Positions 25,601 through 36,600 of a stretch of DNA of 37,957 nucleotides are shown in pieces. Positions within the stretch are counted from its first letter, which is position 1. Each line of letters begins with the position of its first letter. This DNA is from Lenisia limosa. Lineage: Eukaryota; Protista; Breviatea. The notes under the pieces were generated by a model, which ran no database searches, was not told the origin of the DNA, and was given only the letters and a program-made list of their open reading frames with translations. Location of the stretch: assembly GCA_001655205.1 (NCBI GenBank), contig LPNZ01008725.1, forward strand, positions 1 through 37,957. Direction: 5' to 3'. The position numbers were made by a program, and so were the translations under genes.

Positions 25601-28600
25601 AGTTGCTCTTGGACCAGCACCCGTGTCAATGACTGAGAATGCAATGTGAAGATTATCGGCGCTACTGGCAGCATGGTACTAAATTGTTAAATGGATATAA
25701 TATAGGTAACACAAAACTTATCTTAATCCTGAAAAAACATACATTAATAAGTCCTTCAGAAGACCCGCTGATAAGCCAGAGTTTTGTCTGTTCAAAGAGG
25801 ACACAAGTGGTGTTGAACATGGTTCTTGCAAGAGTACTAAATATCACATTAAACACATGTTCCCAAATCAATTGGTGGTGGTCAAAAAAGGAAGATATAA
25901 TAAAAATAAAAGTTTTTTGTTTCTGATATAACTTAGAAAAAGAAAAGAGGCTTTAAATCCATCAAGGTGCAGATTGGAATTCAGGTTTTACAACATAATT
26001 AGGAGATAAATACAATATTATTGCAAACCTGTGGAATTCACTAGGGTCAAGCTGTGCAGCACTGATGAAGTCTTCTTTTTCACTGGATTGCAGAAGGCCG
26101 CTGGCAATGAACGTTTCGGCCATAGCATTCATTCCCCTAGACTCATAATTAAACCAAGGTAATTGGGAATAAGCAATTATGAATGGAACATAATTCACAA
26201 GCCTTAGATATTTGTGCATACTGTTTGACATCTTTGGCAATATCCTTCATCACTTTCATGTCAAGGTTCATTTGTTTGCACCAATTCATCACGTTGGTAT
26301 TTCCCTATGTGATCAGTGGAAAATTATGAAAACGGTTTAACTTGACTAGTTTTGTCTTTTGAACGTTTTCCATTTGTAATTCCAGTACGAAGATAAATAC
26401 CTTTTGTTTCTCTAGTTGGAACATCACCATCAATTCTCCGGCATCAAACATCCATGAATTTGTTTCTAAACCAGGTAAAATTCACTTCCTTCTTCCTTTA
26501 TATATAACTACAAACACCCAATAATTGTAATTACGGAGAATAGTATAATGTCATATAATATATATTAACCACACTATGTCTTTACGCATGTACATGTATA
26601 CCTCAGTATGTTTCTACGCATCCTACATATCAGATATACCACATACTCCCCACTTTTCATGACATTGATTTTACCTTGGGATGCAGCGATTAGTGAGGCT
26701 GCATAAACTAAAACATCAGAAGCAAACTTTACAACTTATCACAAGAAATGAAACGTTTAGTACATTTCTGAATAATATATATTGTCCATAGATTTTGGTA
26801 TATACTATATACATATGTAGTTGATTCATATAACATATTATTTCACAAAAGAACGTTCTTATATTTCCAAAAACATAATACAAATTGGGACACATAATTT
26901 CCTACTTCCGTAGGAGCACATTGGAGTTGTGTTCATCCCCATGAGGCAGGCAGCAGTCACACGGAAGTCGCTAAACAAAGCATAGTTTTTTCTGGATAAT
27001 TCCGACAAGGCAAGCCCTGTAGATTAATAAAATGAATTCCAAATAGATATGCATAACAATATATGTGTCCAACCAAACCGGTTTTGGTAAGAGTTGAACT
27101 CTCAATTGCGTCAACCTGCTGCAAGAAAACAATTGCATCATTCCATTCCTGAGTTGACACAGGGTCGATCCACTTCGGCATACTTGCGAGGGCTTCGGGA
27201 ATACCCCATGCTGCACCATTAAAATGAAATAAAATTTTGGATTGTTGGTTAGTCACATATAATACATACACATTGAAATTATATTACTGAAACACAACAT
27301 ACTTGCAATTTCAGATGCAACAGAAGTTGCAGGACTCCTCATGACTTCAGGAATGGTAAATGAAGACCGTTCTGGAGTGATTATTGAATTTTGAAACAAA
27401 GCAAAATGTCTAATATATCCACATTTATTTCGGGAGAACTTGTTTAAAAGTACAGTAACCTACCACTGAGTGATTGTTGAGAGAACATGTGGATACACGT
27501 TCCGGGTTTGGTCCGTCCAACTCGCCCCTTCCGTTGGACAGATGATGCCTTTTCGGTAAGATTTAAATTGTGACAACATTAAAGGAAGCTGTAGTTCAAT
27601 ACAATTAGACATAATGTGCAGAATCGAGAACAATAAAGGACACTTTGAAAATATTAACAATAGGATTGCAGCAAAGTCACATTGATATTAGAGTTGGATA
27701 TATAATATATGATATATTATACATATCTAATATTACNNNNNNNNNNNNNNNNNNNNNNNNNNNNNNNNNNNNNNNNNNNNNNNNNNNNNNNNNNNNNNNN
27801 NNNNNNNNNNNNNACCACGGTTTGGCTCATAAGTTGGTTTCACATTATACCCGCCATCAATAACATGTGTGAGACCTGGTTGAAGTTAATTATCAGTTCC
27901 ACATTTTAGATTAAGATAATGGTACTTCATTAACACAGCTTACTATTGATAGTGATGCTGTTTTCAACTGCATCAGTAGCAAATATGACTCGTTTGAACT
28001 GCAAAATTAATTACAATATAATAAATCCAAGATCAAGAAGAGAAATATGAATTCCCCCCTCACAGGTTCTTGTAGATCTTGAAGTTGCTTTGTCTACAGA
28101 ATTAGAAGCCGCGTTGAATAATTGAAATTGCATATCGATATGTATTTGAAAGGATATCATACTGTGTATATTCAATTGTTATTAAAAATGATTCAAAATC
28201 ATTTCATTTTATTTCAGGTCTTGCAATTATCAATTGCATACACAAATTACCTTTCTCATCCTACTTTGCCAATAATAATTTCACAGGTGAGTTGAGGACT
28301 GAGTTTTTTGAGGAGGGCTTCTGCGGCTTCGAGATTTTTCTTAGTTGCAAGGAACGCAAGAATGTCTGTAGTTTCTTTGGCATACGAAGAACTTTGATGT
28401 TAAATCAAATAAAGGGAGTAATAAAATACTCTGAGTTTAACTGGATCTGTGCAAGGCCCAAGAGATGATGTTGAGAGTCCACTGTACATGTGCTTATTTC
28501 CTCGAGATATTGGGGGTTTAAACATATTCAGGGGTTAAGGATATGACAACCACCTTGTTACGTTTCTCAGTATGATTGTGTAACATACAGAGCCATATTA

Positions 28601-31600
28601 TTTGGGGAGGCATGCAGAAAGCTGTGTGCACTGAGTTGGCAAATGATTGAGTAAATTAATAATTCAATATCTCATATAAGCGTGATGGGGTGGACAGTGT
28701 TGGCCGGATACAACTTTTTTCTCATTTCTTTATATGATTGAATATGTAATACATCATATTCAAAATCTTCGATTCACCAAACCAGTTCTTTTTTTTGTTT
28801 CCATTTGACAAGTATTACGACTTCAGAGGTCCCTTCATGGCAAGGTATCCACCTCAGCCAATTCGCCCACAAAAGCGACACCATCCGCATTCGGGAACTC
28901 AGAGCACGGGTGATTCACTTTCTATCACATCAAACATACCTGATAGTTTGGATACACTCCATGACAGTTGCCTCAATGTAGTTGAAGGGAGTTAGCTCTT
29001 GATTGCGGAATATCACATCAATCTGAAGGAATGTGAATGAGATAAAAAAGAAGAATAAGGAACAACATCCAAAAATTTGGGTGTTTATCAAAATTCTATG
29101 AAATTGATAATAAGAAATTATACAAATTGTCGATAACAATTACATACCGGCTTAGGCAGCGTTTTGATACTGTACGAGTCAACTGGCGCAATACTGGAAA
29201 AGTACTCCAAGATTGATGCATCAAGAGTTGCACTCGTGATAATGAGTTTCAATTTACTACCACTGTTTTTTCTCGCATTTAATGCCCTACATTTGAATAA
29301 ATAGAAAGACAATTTCAGAAATAAACATCATTTTGGCGATTATGCACTGATATAACAATTATTTTCCTCAAATATTTCTTTTCTTAGCAGAATTCAGTAT
29401 AATCATATTAAGCGACACCTCAAACTGTTTTATTCTGTATAGAATGAAATCTTGCTTCATGTTTCTGAAGTGAACCTCGTCCATCATAATAATCTATGGC
29501 GGAAAGTAAGACTAATAGCTGTTTTGTCTGAGTACAAATACAAAGGTTGAATGCTTGCATTACATATCTCTCATTATAACCAACTTATCCCATCCCCTCA
29601 AATGATACAATGTACTGACATACATGTATATCGCAATAAGAAATAACAAATAAGGCTTTATCTGGCCGAAGCCGTCCACAATATCACGCTTATAAGATAT
29701 TGGATTACGGTATAATATTAATTCACCCAATCATTTGCCTTCTGCACAGATATGATGATATATGGAGAAAATATCGAAAATTTAGACTTTATACATGTAG
29801 CTATATGATATGTATTGGTTGTTTGACATACTGAATAGTCGGAGAAGAGGGGGTCAATTTCACTCAGTTGTAGCATTGTGTGTTCGCGAATCATGTCGAA
29901 AGATGAAGTGGTTGCTTTGGCCGGATCTCCACGATACCTGGTGGGAAATTGTAAAAGTAAAAAACGATTTAGATGACTTTAGGGTTAGATATAACTTGTG
30001 AAATAGGTTTGAGGTTTAAAGGGTATCAAGAAAATATAATAGACAGTAATGAGAAATAAAAATAAAGATGTACATGTATCTAATACAGTTACTATATATT
30101 GTAAGAAAATAAAATAGATAGGTTAAAAATTTGCTCCTTCTCACTGTAAATCACCCGATTCGCCAACATAACAAGCACGCATAAAATCGACAATTCCTTG
30201 CCCAATGTCCTAAATTTTGAGTTAAGATTTACATGCATGGTTTCATTAAAATAATTATGTGATAATATCAAAAAAAAAATATCATATTATGTAATATACA
30301 GATTGAATATCCTACGTTTGTTCATTTGAGACAATTTCACCAATCAAAAAGGAACCCAATCCTCAGCTTACCCCCTGTGGTGTGACACATGCAACTTTGG
30401 AGTTGACAAAACGAGGGTCGGAGAGTAGTATCGGAACAAGCTGTGTTGTTTTGCCACTTCCGGTGGGTGACTCAATCATCTGTGGACAAGAATTTTAAAG
30501 ACATACATATATGATATGTATTTCAAAACGTACAAACGACGGTTCTTAGAATGCATTATTGTACAACTACAGTCGCAAATATCAATGTTAAAAGTAATTG
30601 TCAAAACTATCAAGAGAGGGCCCTCACCATTACGTTGTTAGAGTAAACCGCTTCTCGAATGTTCGGAGCATGAAATGCAACAGGCATACCCAGCTCCGCA
30701 CGTGACAACTAGATGGTTAAATTATTTCAAGTGTTCATGTTTTAAGAACTCAAAACCAAAAAAATATGGGACTTAATTACTTACCTCAGAGAGCATCATT
30801 GATAACTGTTTTGGAAAAGGGATGTTGGTATCATTGAAGATTCGTTCATTCAGTCTAACTAGACTAATTGCATACTTGAGGAGAACTATAAAATGAATGT
30901 GTAAGAGGGTAGACAATAATATGGTACAGTGCAATGATAGTTTGATTAAATAGATCATTTTATTCCGACTTTGCGAGTTCTGGTGATAATAGTCCGCCTG
31001 TTCCTTGGTAATTCCTGGTCGGTCAATCTGCTGATTGGCATTCTGTCGTTTTCTGTGGAATAATATTTGTGGTAATGTGATCCAGTCAATTGGTATACCG
31101 ACCTTTAGCTTGATACACTGATACAAATTCAAAAACAAGTCGCAATTAATTGGGTAGAGAAATAACCCGCAAACAAAAGCATTTTTTCAAAAGCCTCAGT
31201 CCGATAATCTATGAGTTGTTGCAGAATTATTCCGCATGGAAGGGACCCATCTTTAGCATGTTTGTGAAGGATCTACAAAGTTATAAATCTAAGAAGCAAG
31301 AACAAAGTTGTGGAGGGCTGAAGATAATTTTAGAACCACAACATTTGCTTACTTGGAATTTGGACTCAACTACTTGTTGTTCCTTTACAATGTAGGCTAT
31401 TCCGTCATTCGTCAGCTGATATGTTAAAAATTCCGTCATTTGTCAGCTGTTTTGTTAAAACTTAATGTAAAAACAATTGAACTGGAAAGTCAGCAGAAGA
31501 ACTGTTCCTTGGAACTATATAATGAAATCCATGCTTAAATATTGTCATTAATTTATTTCCATCCTACTTTTGTGTTCGGTATTATGAACTCAGGATCTCT

Positions 31601-32865
31601 GGCGGCCTCTTTAATCTTGTTAACCACTGAGTCTTCGTTGCCAATTAGGGACTTGATGCTGTTGAAGGTGGCTAGGGCTTCGAACTGCACAACTAGGTAG
31701 ATAATGATCACATCCATACAAATTTCGCAATAACTATAAGATAAAGTGTCAATCAATTGCGATTTTAGAAGTTTTGCGAACAGAGCGGATAAAAGGACAG
31801 TTTCACCCTTATCCTTGCAAACCTCCATTATTTTCTGCGGCATTTTTCTTCATGAATCTGTCCTGGGAGTAGTTTTTGAGGCTAAAGAAGTGTTTGAGCT
31901 TTTGTTGTACCGCCTCAATCTCCGTCCTAAAAGATAGGTCATATCAGGAGAAGCCAGGCGCAACAACGAAAAAAGATCCAAAGTACTGAAGAAATACTAT
32001 CTATTTAAATATACATGTATCTATCGAGATAGCTAACTATGATATATATAAATGCCATAGCTGTCAGATAGCTGTTATATCACCTTGCCCATGCCTACAA
32101 TTTCACCGTTGTCTGTTGTTGAGGTGGTGGGGGTGTAGTGGTGGGGGAGACCCACGCCCGTCCGGCTCCCCGTCCTCCTCCTCTTCCTCCTCTTCCGCCT
32201 CTTTCACCAGAGCCAAAATGTGCCTTGATTGAAGGTTTATTCCCAGCATCTAAAACATGGTTATGTTCTGAAAAGTTCTGGTGATGGGTGAAGCTTCCTC
32301 TTCCTCTCCCTCCTCTCCCCCCTCTTTCATTGGGTTTAGCTTCTAAATCATGGCTGCTGTCTGAATAGTTCTGGTGATGGGTGAAACTTCCTCTTCCTCT
32401 CCCTTCTCTTCCGCCTCTTTCAACGGATCCAAAATGGGACTTGATTGAAGGTGTATTGCCAGCTTTTAAAACTTGGGTGCTGTCTGAACTGTTCTGATCA
32501 GGGGCAAAATTTCCTCTTCCTCTTCCTCCTCTCCCGCCTCTCCCCCCTCTTTCATTGGAGCCAGCTTCGAAATCATGGCTATTGTCTGAAATGTTCTGGT
32601 AAGGGGTAAAATTGCCTCTTCCCCTCCCCATTCCTCGTCCTCTTCCTCTTCCTCTGTCAGGTTTAACAAAGCTCTCTCCAGAGTAGTCTGTAAAAGAATC
32701 GGTTGAATCACTTCCTTCTTGATTGAGTGGGATTTTTCCTCTCCCTCTCCCTCTTCCTCTTCCTCTTCCCCTCCCTTTTCCTCCGCGACCATTGACGCTG
32801 TCACCAATTGATTGAAATGTGCTACCAAATGTTTCGAATGTGTTGGTAAAGTCTTCGACAGTCAT
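12650..32865 (-). CDS. Giant spliced gene: RGG repeats - DExH helicase - HA2/OB - RRM-like - KH-like - RING1 - IBR - PARP(H-Y-E) - PARP(H-Y-N)
   Basis: ATG at 32865, stop TAG at 12650-12652. Phase-consistent joins were checked at exon 1 to 2 (32099/31926), through helicase motifs I-IV, across the 2.4 kb TE-filled intron (ENM|CQLLL, acceptor 20060), and continuously from RING1 to the stop. Some junctions in 30780-31920, 22500-27000 and 18400-19800 were not fully resolved, and one gap (27737-27813) lies inside. Confidence 0.75.
13958..15751 (-). other. PARP/ART catalytic domain 1 (H-Y-E)
   Basis: Exons 15627-15751, 15431-15481, 14548-14626, 14444-14513, 14322-14360, 14097-14207 and 13958-14056 give FSIQSIDHVHNGPQLQRYY...YLYHGTTVAAAQAIAKGQFRLP...GNMFGNGVYFATDPSKS...LLKCKVNLG...DGYHSLFAEGG...SLQNDEYVGFDPELIVPEYLITI. 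His codon at 15447-15449, Glu codon at 14039-14041. Confidence 0.92.
14692..15299. mobile_element. Degenerate Tc1/mariner-like MITE (about 610 bp) inside an 804-nt intron of PARP domain 1
   Basis: Perfect 15-bp inverted match GGACACATCAAAACT (14733-14747) and AGTTTTGATGTGTCC (15239-15253) within longer degenerate inverted arms. The ends read TA-CA...TG-TA. Confidence 0.6.
16783..17368 (-). other. IBR (in-between-RING) zinc domain
   Basis: Exons 17303-17368 and 16783-16896 join in phase 0: CAKCPTSGCSGLALGASETSCTCHCSSCDQPYCFICNKQHLGLCG. This fits C-x4-C-xn-C-x2-C-x4-C-x2-C-x3-H-x3-C. Confidence 0.8.
17740..18302 (-). other. RING1 (C3HC4) zinc finger
   Basis: Exons 17981-18082 and 17740-17830: (C)VGCSCPTNNPLTLCDHLMCSDCITHYTEQSLSHYVTFHCPKC. 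The first Cys is formed across a phase-1 junction; more than one upstream donor supplies the T. Confidence 0.82.
18303..20060 (-). other. Possible KH-like repeats between the RRM region and RING1
   Basis: Segments such as KVHLNLANAAFLSGHVDSINK and QLFVSGNLSKYEEARGDIQKL resemble the strand-G-helix ends of degenerate KH folds. No GxxG motif was confirmed; the call rests partly on analogy to plant DEAH11/12 and PARP14. Confidence 0.3.
20128..21013. mobile_element. Non-autonomous TIR DNA transposon (about 885 bp incl. a gap), intronic
   Basis: Perfect 36-bp inverted repeat ATATCCTCGAGTCCCTAAAAGGGGTCCATTTTTACA at 20128-20163 and 20978-21013. The outer TA or ATAT may be the target duplication. No transposase seen. 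Confidence 0.85.
21102..22314 (+). mobile_element. Tc1/mariner-pogo-like TIR element (about 1.2 kb) with a decayed transposase-like remnant, intronic
   Basis: Perfect 27-bp inverted repeat TACATAATTGTGTCCAGTCACATTATT at 21102-21128 and 22288-22314, including flanking TA. The interior reads AWEEKYLH*ESFRQY*MLEGLIVDP and a K/E-rich tail, weakly like the pogo DDE_1 C-terminus (low confidence). Confidence 0.75.
22850..24460 (-). other. Two or three RRM-like repeats
   Basis: SVTLMNVPSATTKDTLMGMI (about 24392-24455), YTATVSFSVESSANDFISKC...KGVPIQVKPK and YNVVLLDVPPQVT (about 23163-23200) follow the RNP2/RNP1 hydrophobic pattern. Confidence 0.55.
28598..28720 (+). repeat. Dispersed repeat family R1, copy 2 (intronic)
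   Basis: Aligns to 2491-2613. Lies in helicase intron 28389-28939. Confidence 0.85.
29655..29750 (-). repeat. Dispersed repeat family R1, copy 3 (intronic, inverted)
   Basis: The reverse complement GGCAAATGATTGGGTGAATTAATA...TCCAATATC...AAGCGTGATATTGTGGACGGCTTCGGCCAGATA matches copies 1 and 2. Confidence 0.85.
31399..31460. repeat. Tandem direct repeat, 2 x 31 bp
   Basis: ATTCCGTCATTCGTCAGCTGATATGTTAAAA followed by ATTCCGTCATTTGTCAGCTGTTTTGTTAAAA (28/31 identical). Confidence 0.85.
32099..32865 (-). other. First exon of the helicase gene: RGG/RG-box repeat domain (255 aa)
   Basis: ORF 32095-32865. The donor TT|GTAGGC at 32098 joins in phase 2 to 31926 (L-TEIEAVQQKLKHFF). An upstream coding exon cannot be excluded. 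Confidence 0.8.
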
Positions 32866-33639
32866 GGTTGCGCTCAGTTCTCTACAAGCAATAATGGAAA
32901 AAGAGTGTATTCATATGAGAAAGCCACCCAATACTTGTATAACGTTTGTCGTCTTTTTTGTTTTTTTTTAAATGCCATTTTATTGGGAATATGGACACAT
33001 TTTGACCACAACATATACATAATAGGGTATGGGGTATCGGAACCATTAGGGAAAAAGGAAAACGCTGCAACAAACCAGGAATCTAACGAATGCTAATTCG
33101 ACACCTGTTGTCCTTCCCAGGCCAAAGATATCAAGCAACCTGTGGGCAACCTACAGCAAGGATGACTTAGTTAATAGTCAAAATCATTTCAGCAGAACCA
33201 CTCCCTTGGTTTTGGGAATTCAAATAACAAATAAAGAAATTATTTATTCTGTTATTCTACCTGCAATCTCAGTGTATTTCACTGTCAAATAGCTGAATAT
33301 TCGACAGGGGCGGAAGCGGAAAGGAAAAAACGGAACTTGATCAAAGATCACAAGTACTTCGTAACATCCGAGCCAAGAAGCACACGTGGCTTTTTGATTG
33401 TTTACCGAATTCCTCTCCCCTTCTCCCTTTTCTACCAATTTAGAGAAGAAAGAACCTGTAAATGCTAAATATAAGGCCAATAAAGCTCGTCTAATCTCCC
33501 ATTTCAAAGGCTCGTGTCATCGGTGAATCTTGGTGCTTACCTTCCTTTGGAAGGAATCTTGGCCTCGCGCCAAGAAACAAGTGAGAAACCATCAGCAAAC
33601 AAGGAGCTTCCTGAAGGTTTTTCCAGGTCCCCTGGCATA

Positions 33640-36600
33640 ATGATAGTGTGGAAGGTTGGTTGTCACATATTGATGGTTTGTAGATAGAATAACTACTTAC
33701 CCATATTATCATTACGTGTTTCTTTGACATCTGTAGCCTCTTCTTTTCTTGCTGTCTTTGAAGCTGTGTTTGGCGTCGGCCATAGACTTGAACGTGATTA
33801 TCACCCCGGTTGAAAGAAAACTCGGTGATACGGAGTTTCTTCCGTCCAATGCTGCCGATGATATTGTAAGGGGGATGGATCATCTCAAAATGTATATGGG
33901 TGGATTGCTGGTTTTTTGCCAGTCTAACTCTGGCAATGATGTGGATTTGACAAAAGAAGCTACCTTCGGAATCGGCATTCAATGGTGCTAAGAGGCGGAT
34001 AGCATTATAATATGATTGATTGGTTATGACCAATTGTCCTTCATACATACATATACATATGTACATATCATATTATATATATTTGTTATAGAGAAGAGTG
34101 GAAAGTCTTTCGAAATAGAGTTTTAAATTTAATCAGACAACCAAACATGTGTTCTTGATTAACATGAATTTTAACTCTTCTTCAGAGTGCCGTGCTCTAT
34201 GACGGCCAAGTCCTTGCGGTAGACTCAGACAAAGCGGTCATTTTCTCTCCCGAAGGTTGGTGCTGGGATTGTCAAAATGAAATAGCTTGAATCTCAACGC
34301 TGTGGACAGATTTTTCTGCTTGACAATATTGGAATCTATAATTTGTTCTTCAAAATGTGTGGAATCTTAATATATCAGACAACTTCTCGATCATACGGCG
34401 GATGGACAACATTTCTTCAAAGCCCTTCATTCAGCATGAGAGATGCATCTTCGTATGCGGGATAACATGTTACATGATCCAATAATGATGTACCAAAAAA
34501 TATCTCTTCCCTGCAGGTTATTTTATTTTCTGCCCCTTTTCCTGGCGGAATTATATCGTTGCTTCTTCGCTCAAATTGTCTTAGGAGATCCAAGGTACGA
34601 AAATGGCATATGACAACGGAGCCTTCACTTTGTTCCCTGTCAACAACACGGCAGTATGGGGGTCGTGAAAGGGGATCATACATCCTTTAAACACATAGTT
34701 CATCTCTACGTGACGAGTGATATGCCCTTCTTTTAAACGTATATCTTTCTAAATGTGTCTATCAATTCCTCTAGCGTCTCTTGTTAAATTAACAGCCGGA
34801 TATATCATAAAAGTCTCCCTTGAGACACACTTCAAAACGACCTTACCCACCCCTCAGCCTGTCATTATTCCTGTACCTGCGGGAACACACTCCTCCAACC
34901 CCTACTGCTTGTACAACGATCAGTCCAGTCTCTTTGTTGCTGTTTCGCTTGAACAACAGAGTTTTCTTCCAGTGGGATGATGGGGAGTGATAATGTTTGT
35001 CCAATCAATTGATTCAAGATTACCCCCCCCCCATTATTCGGTTCGTGATTAGTACTGTTACGCCAATATCGAAGTTTCCTTCGCTTTACTCCCCCTTACT
35101 CACTACCCTCATTTCAACCTATCTTACTCCCCAGTTCAACCTATCTGATCCACTCAACCCTGTTGGCCTTGCCGAATGGGATTTTACCCCGGAACTGACC
35201 GACGCCAATTTCGGCGGCGTAAGGGGGGGGGGGGCTGGTAGAGATACAGTGATAAGTCTTGACCGATTTGATCTATGATTTCCCAGGAAAATCGGTCAGG
35301 ACTTATTTCGGTCACTGTATATGGAATTGTCAATGCAGGTTGATTCTGAATGAAGAGCTGAGTTAAATCCAACCTAAATGTCACGATAGGCGAGGGTGAG
35401 AGCAAGGAGAGAGGGAAAGAGAAAAGGGAATAGAGGGAGTGATTGGAGTAACGGTTCGATATTGTTTGATACTTTCCCCTCAACGAGTTGATCCATTTCA
35501 CTTCCCAGAACACTGTGGATGTGACATTGGTGTCGAATATTGATGACGATGGCACTTTCATCCTGGCTGGAGGTAAGTGGCGACTTGTTTTGTGCGTTGC
35601 TTTTGGGTTTCACTACGGTTCACAAAAAACCCGCGATAAAATATGGATAATTTTGAGGACATATCGAGAAATTTAGACCATTATTTTTCATAATGACTAG
35701 TTTTCTCTGCTTTGGAAAATTCTATCATCTGCAGCTCTAATTTCCATTTTAGAGTACTCCTACAACAAAGACGGATTTATTTTCTACTCCTTCTCTGCGG
35801 GAGTAGTTGCTCATGTTCATTCCCTTGATGCTCAGCATGTGAGAACTCCTTAACTAAATAAAAATTTCTGAAAACTCCCACTTAACTTCGCTACCGTTTT
35901 TCCATCACAAATCTGCATTCAGCGCCATGACTTACACTTTAGTTTACCATTCCAAACAAGCTGACATTCCTTCATGACGGCACTCTGCTTGTTGGGGAAT
36001 ATAATTCCATTTCCTACGCCAATGCAACCGACCTTTCGGTCATTAGATCCTACACAGATAGTGAAATGATTGTGGGCTGAAATGTGTTCGATCCAAAGGC
36101 TATGTGACTCGTCATAATTTTTCACTGAATATATTGGTGGCAACTTTATGCTTCTAGACCTTGTCAAAATTCCTTTGTTATTACCCCCCCCCCCCTCAGA
36201 CGGACGTTATTGTTGTTGACCGATCAATTGGCCTTTATGCCGGACCTCTGGGGAGCTTCAATCAACCGGCGTATGTGGGTTGCTGAAACCTTGTTGAGTG
36301 TTAAGCACGGGTAAAATATCGATAATTTTCAAAGATTTATCGAGAGTTACAGTCTTTTTTCGAACCGAGGTGAAGCCCTAGTGGTTATGAACAGTATCCA
36401 CAAGGGGTGATAGCAATGGAGTGGATTTGATTACGCGATTGATTAGGTTCTGATATTCTAGGTTTGCGCTGTACAATGGAACTGATTTTGTCGTCACTTC
36501 CTCCACAAACGCTGATAGGTGCAACCCTACTTTACTGCATGTTTGTGGCAGTTTGTTTGTGCTAAAATGAAATTCTAATATTCATCTTTAGAGTCCCAAT

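Larger units (their letters stand above)
26030..30710 (-). other. DEAH/RHA-family (DExH) helicase core plus HA2 and OB region
   Basis: Motif I PTGSGKTTQ (30441-30461), II IIMMDEVH (DEVH 29470-29481), III LKLIITSATLD (29226-29234), IV TDILAFL, V VIFATDAVENSITI, VI QRKGRVGRTKPGTC (27513-27536). HA2 start PKWIDPVSTQEWNDAIVFLQQVDAIESSTLTKTG; downstream NWCKQMNL. Confidence 0.95.

Noticed and set aside
28598-29750. R1 copies 2 and 3 as the TIRs of one 1.15 kb transposon
   Set aside because: They enclose essential helicase exons (motifs II-III), and a third copy occurs alone at 2491, so these are independent insertions.
32466-32828. Poly-Glu ORF
   Set aside because: Frame-shifted shadow of the GGA/AGA-rich RGG exon.
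33491-34066. 191-aa minus-strand ORF
   Set aside because: Antisense to the first exons of the secreted-protein gene, with no recognisable motif. Treated as a shadow, though not formally excluded.
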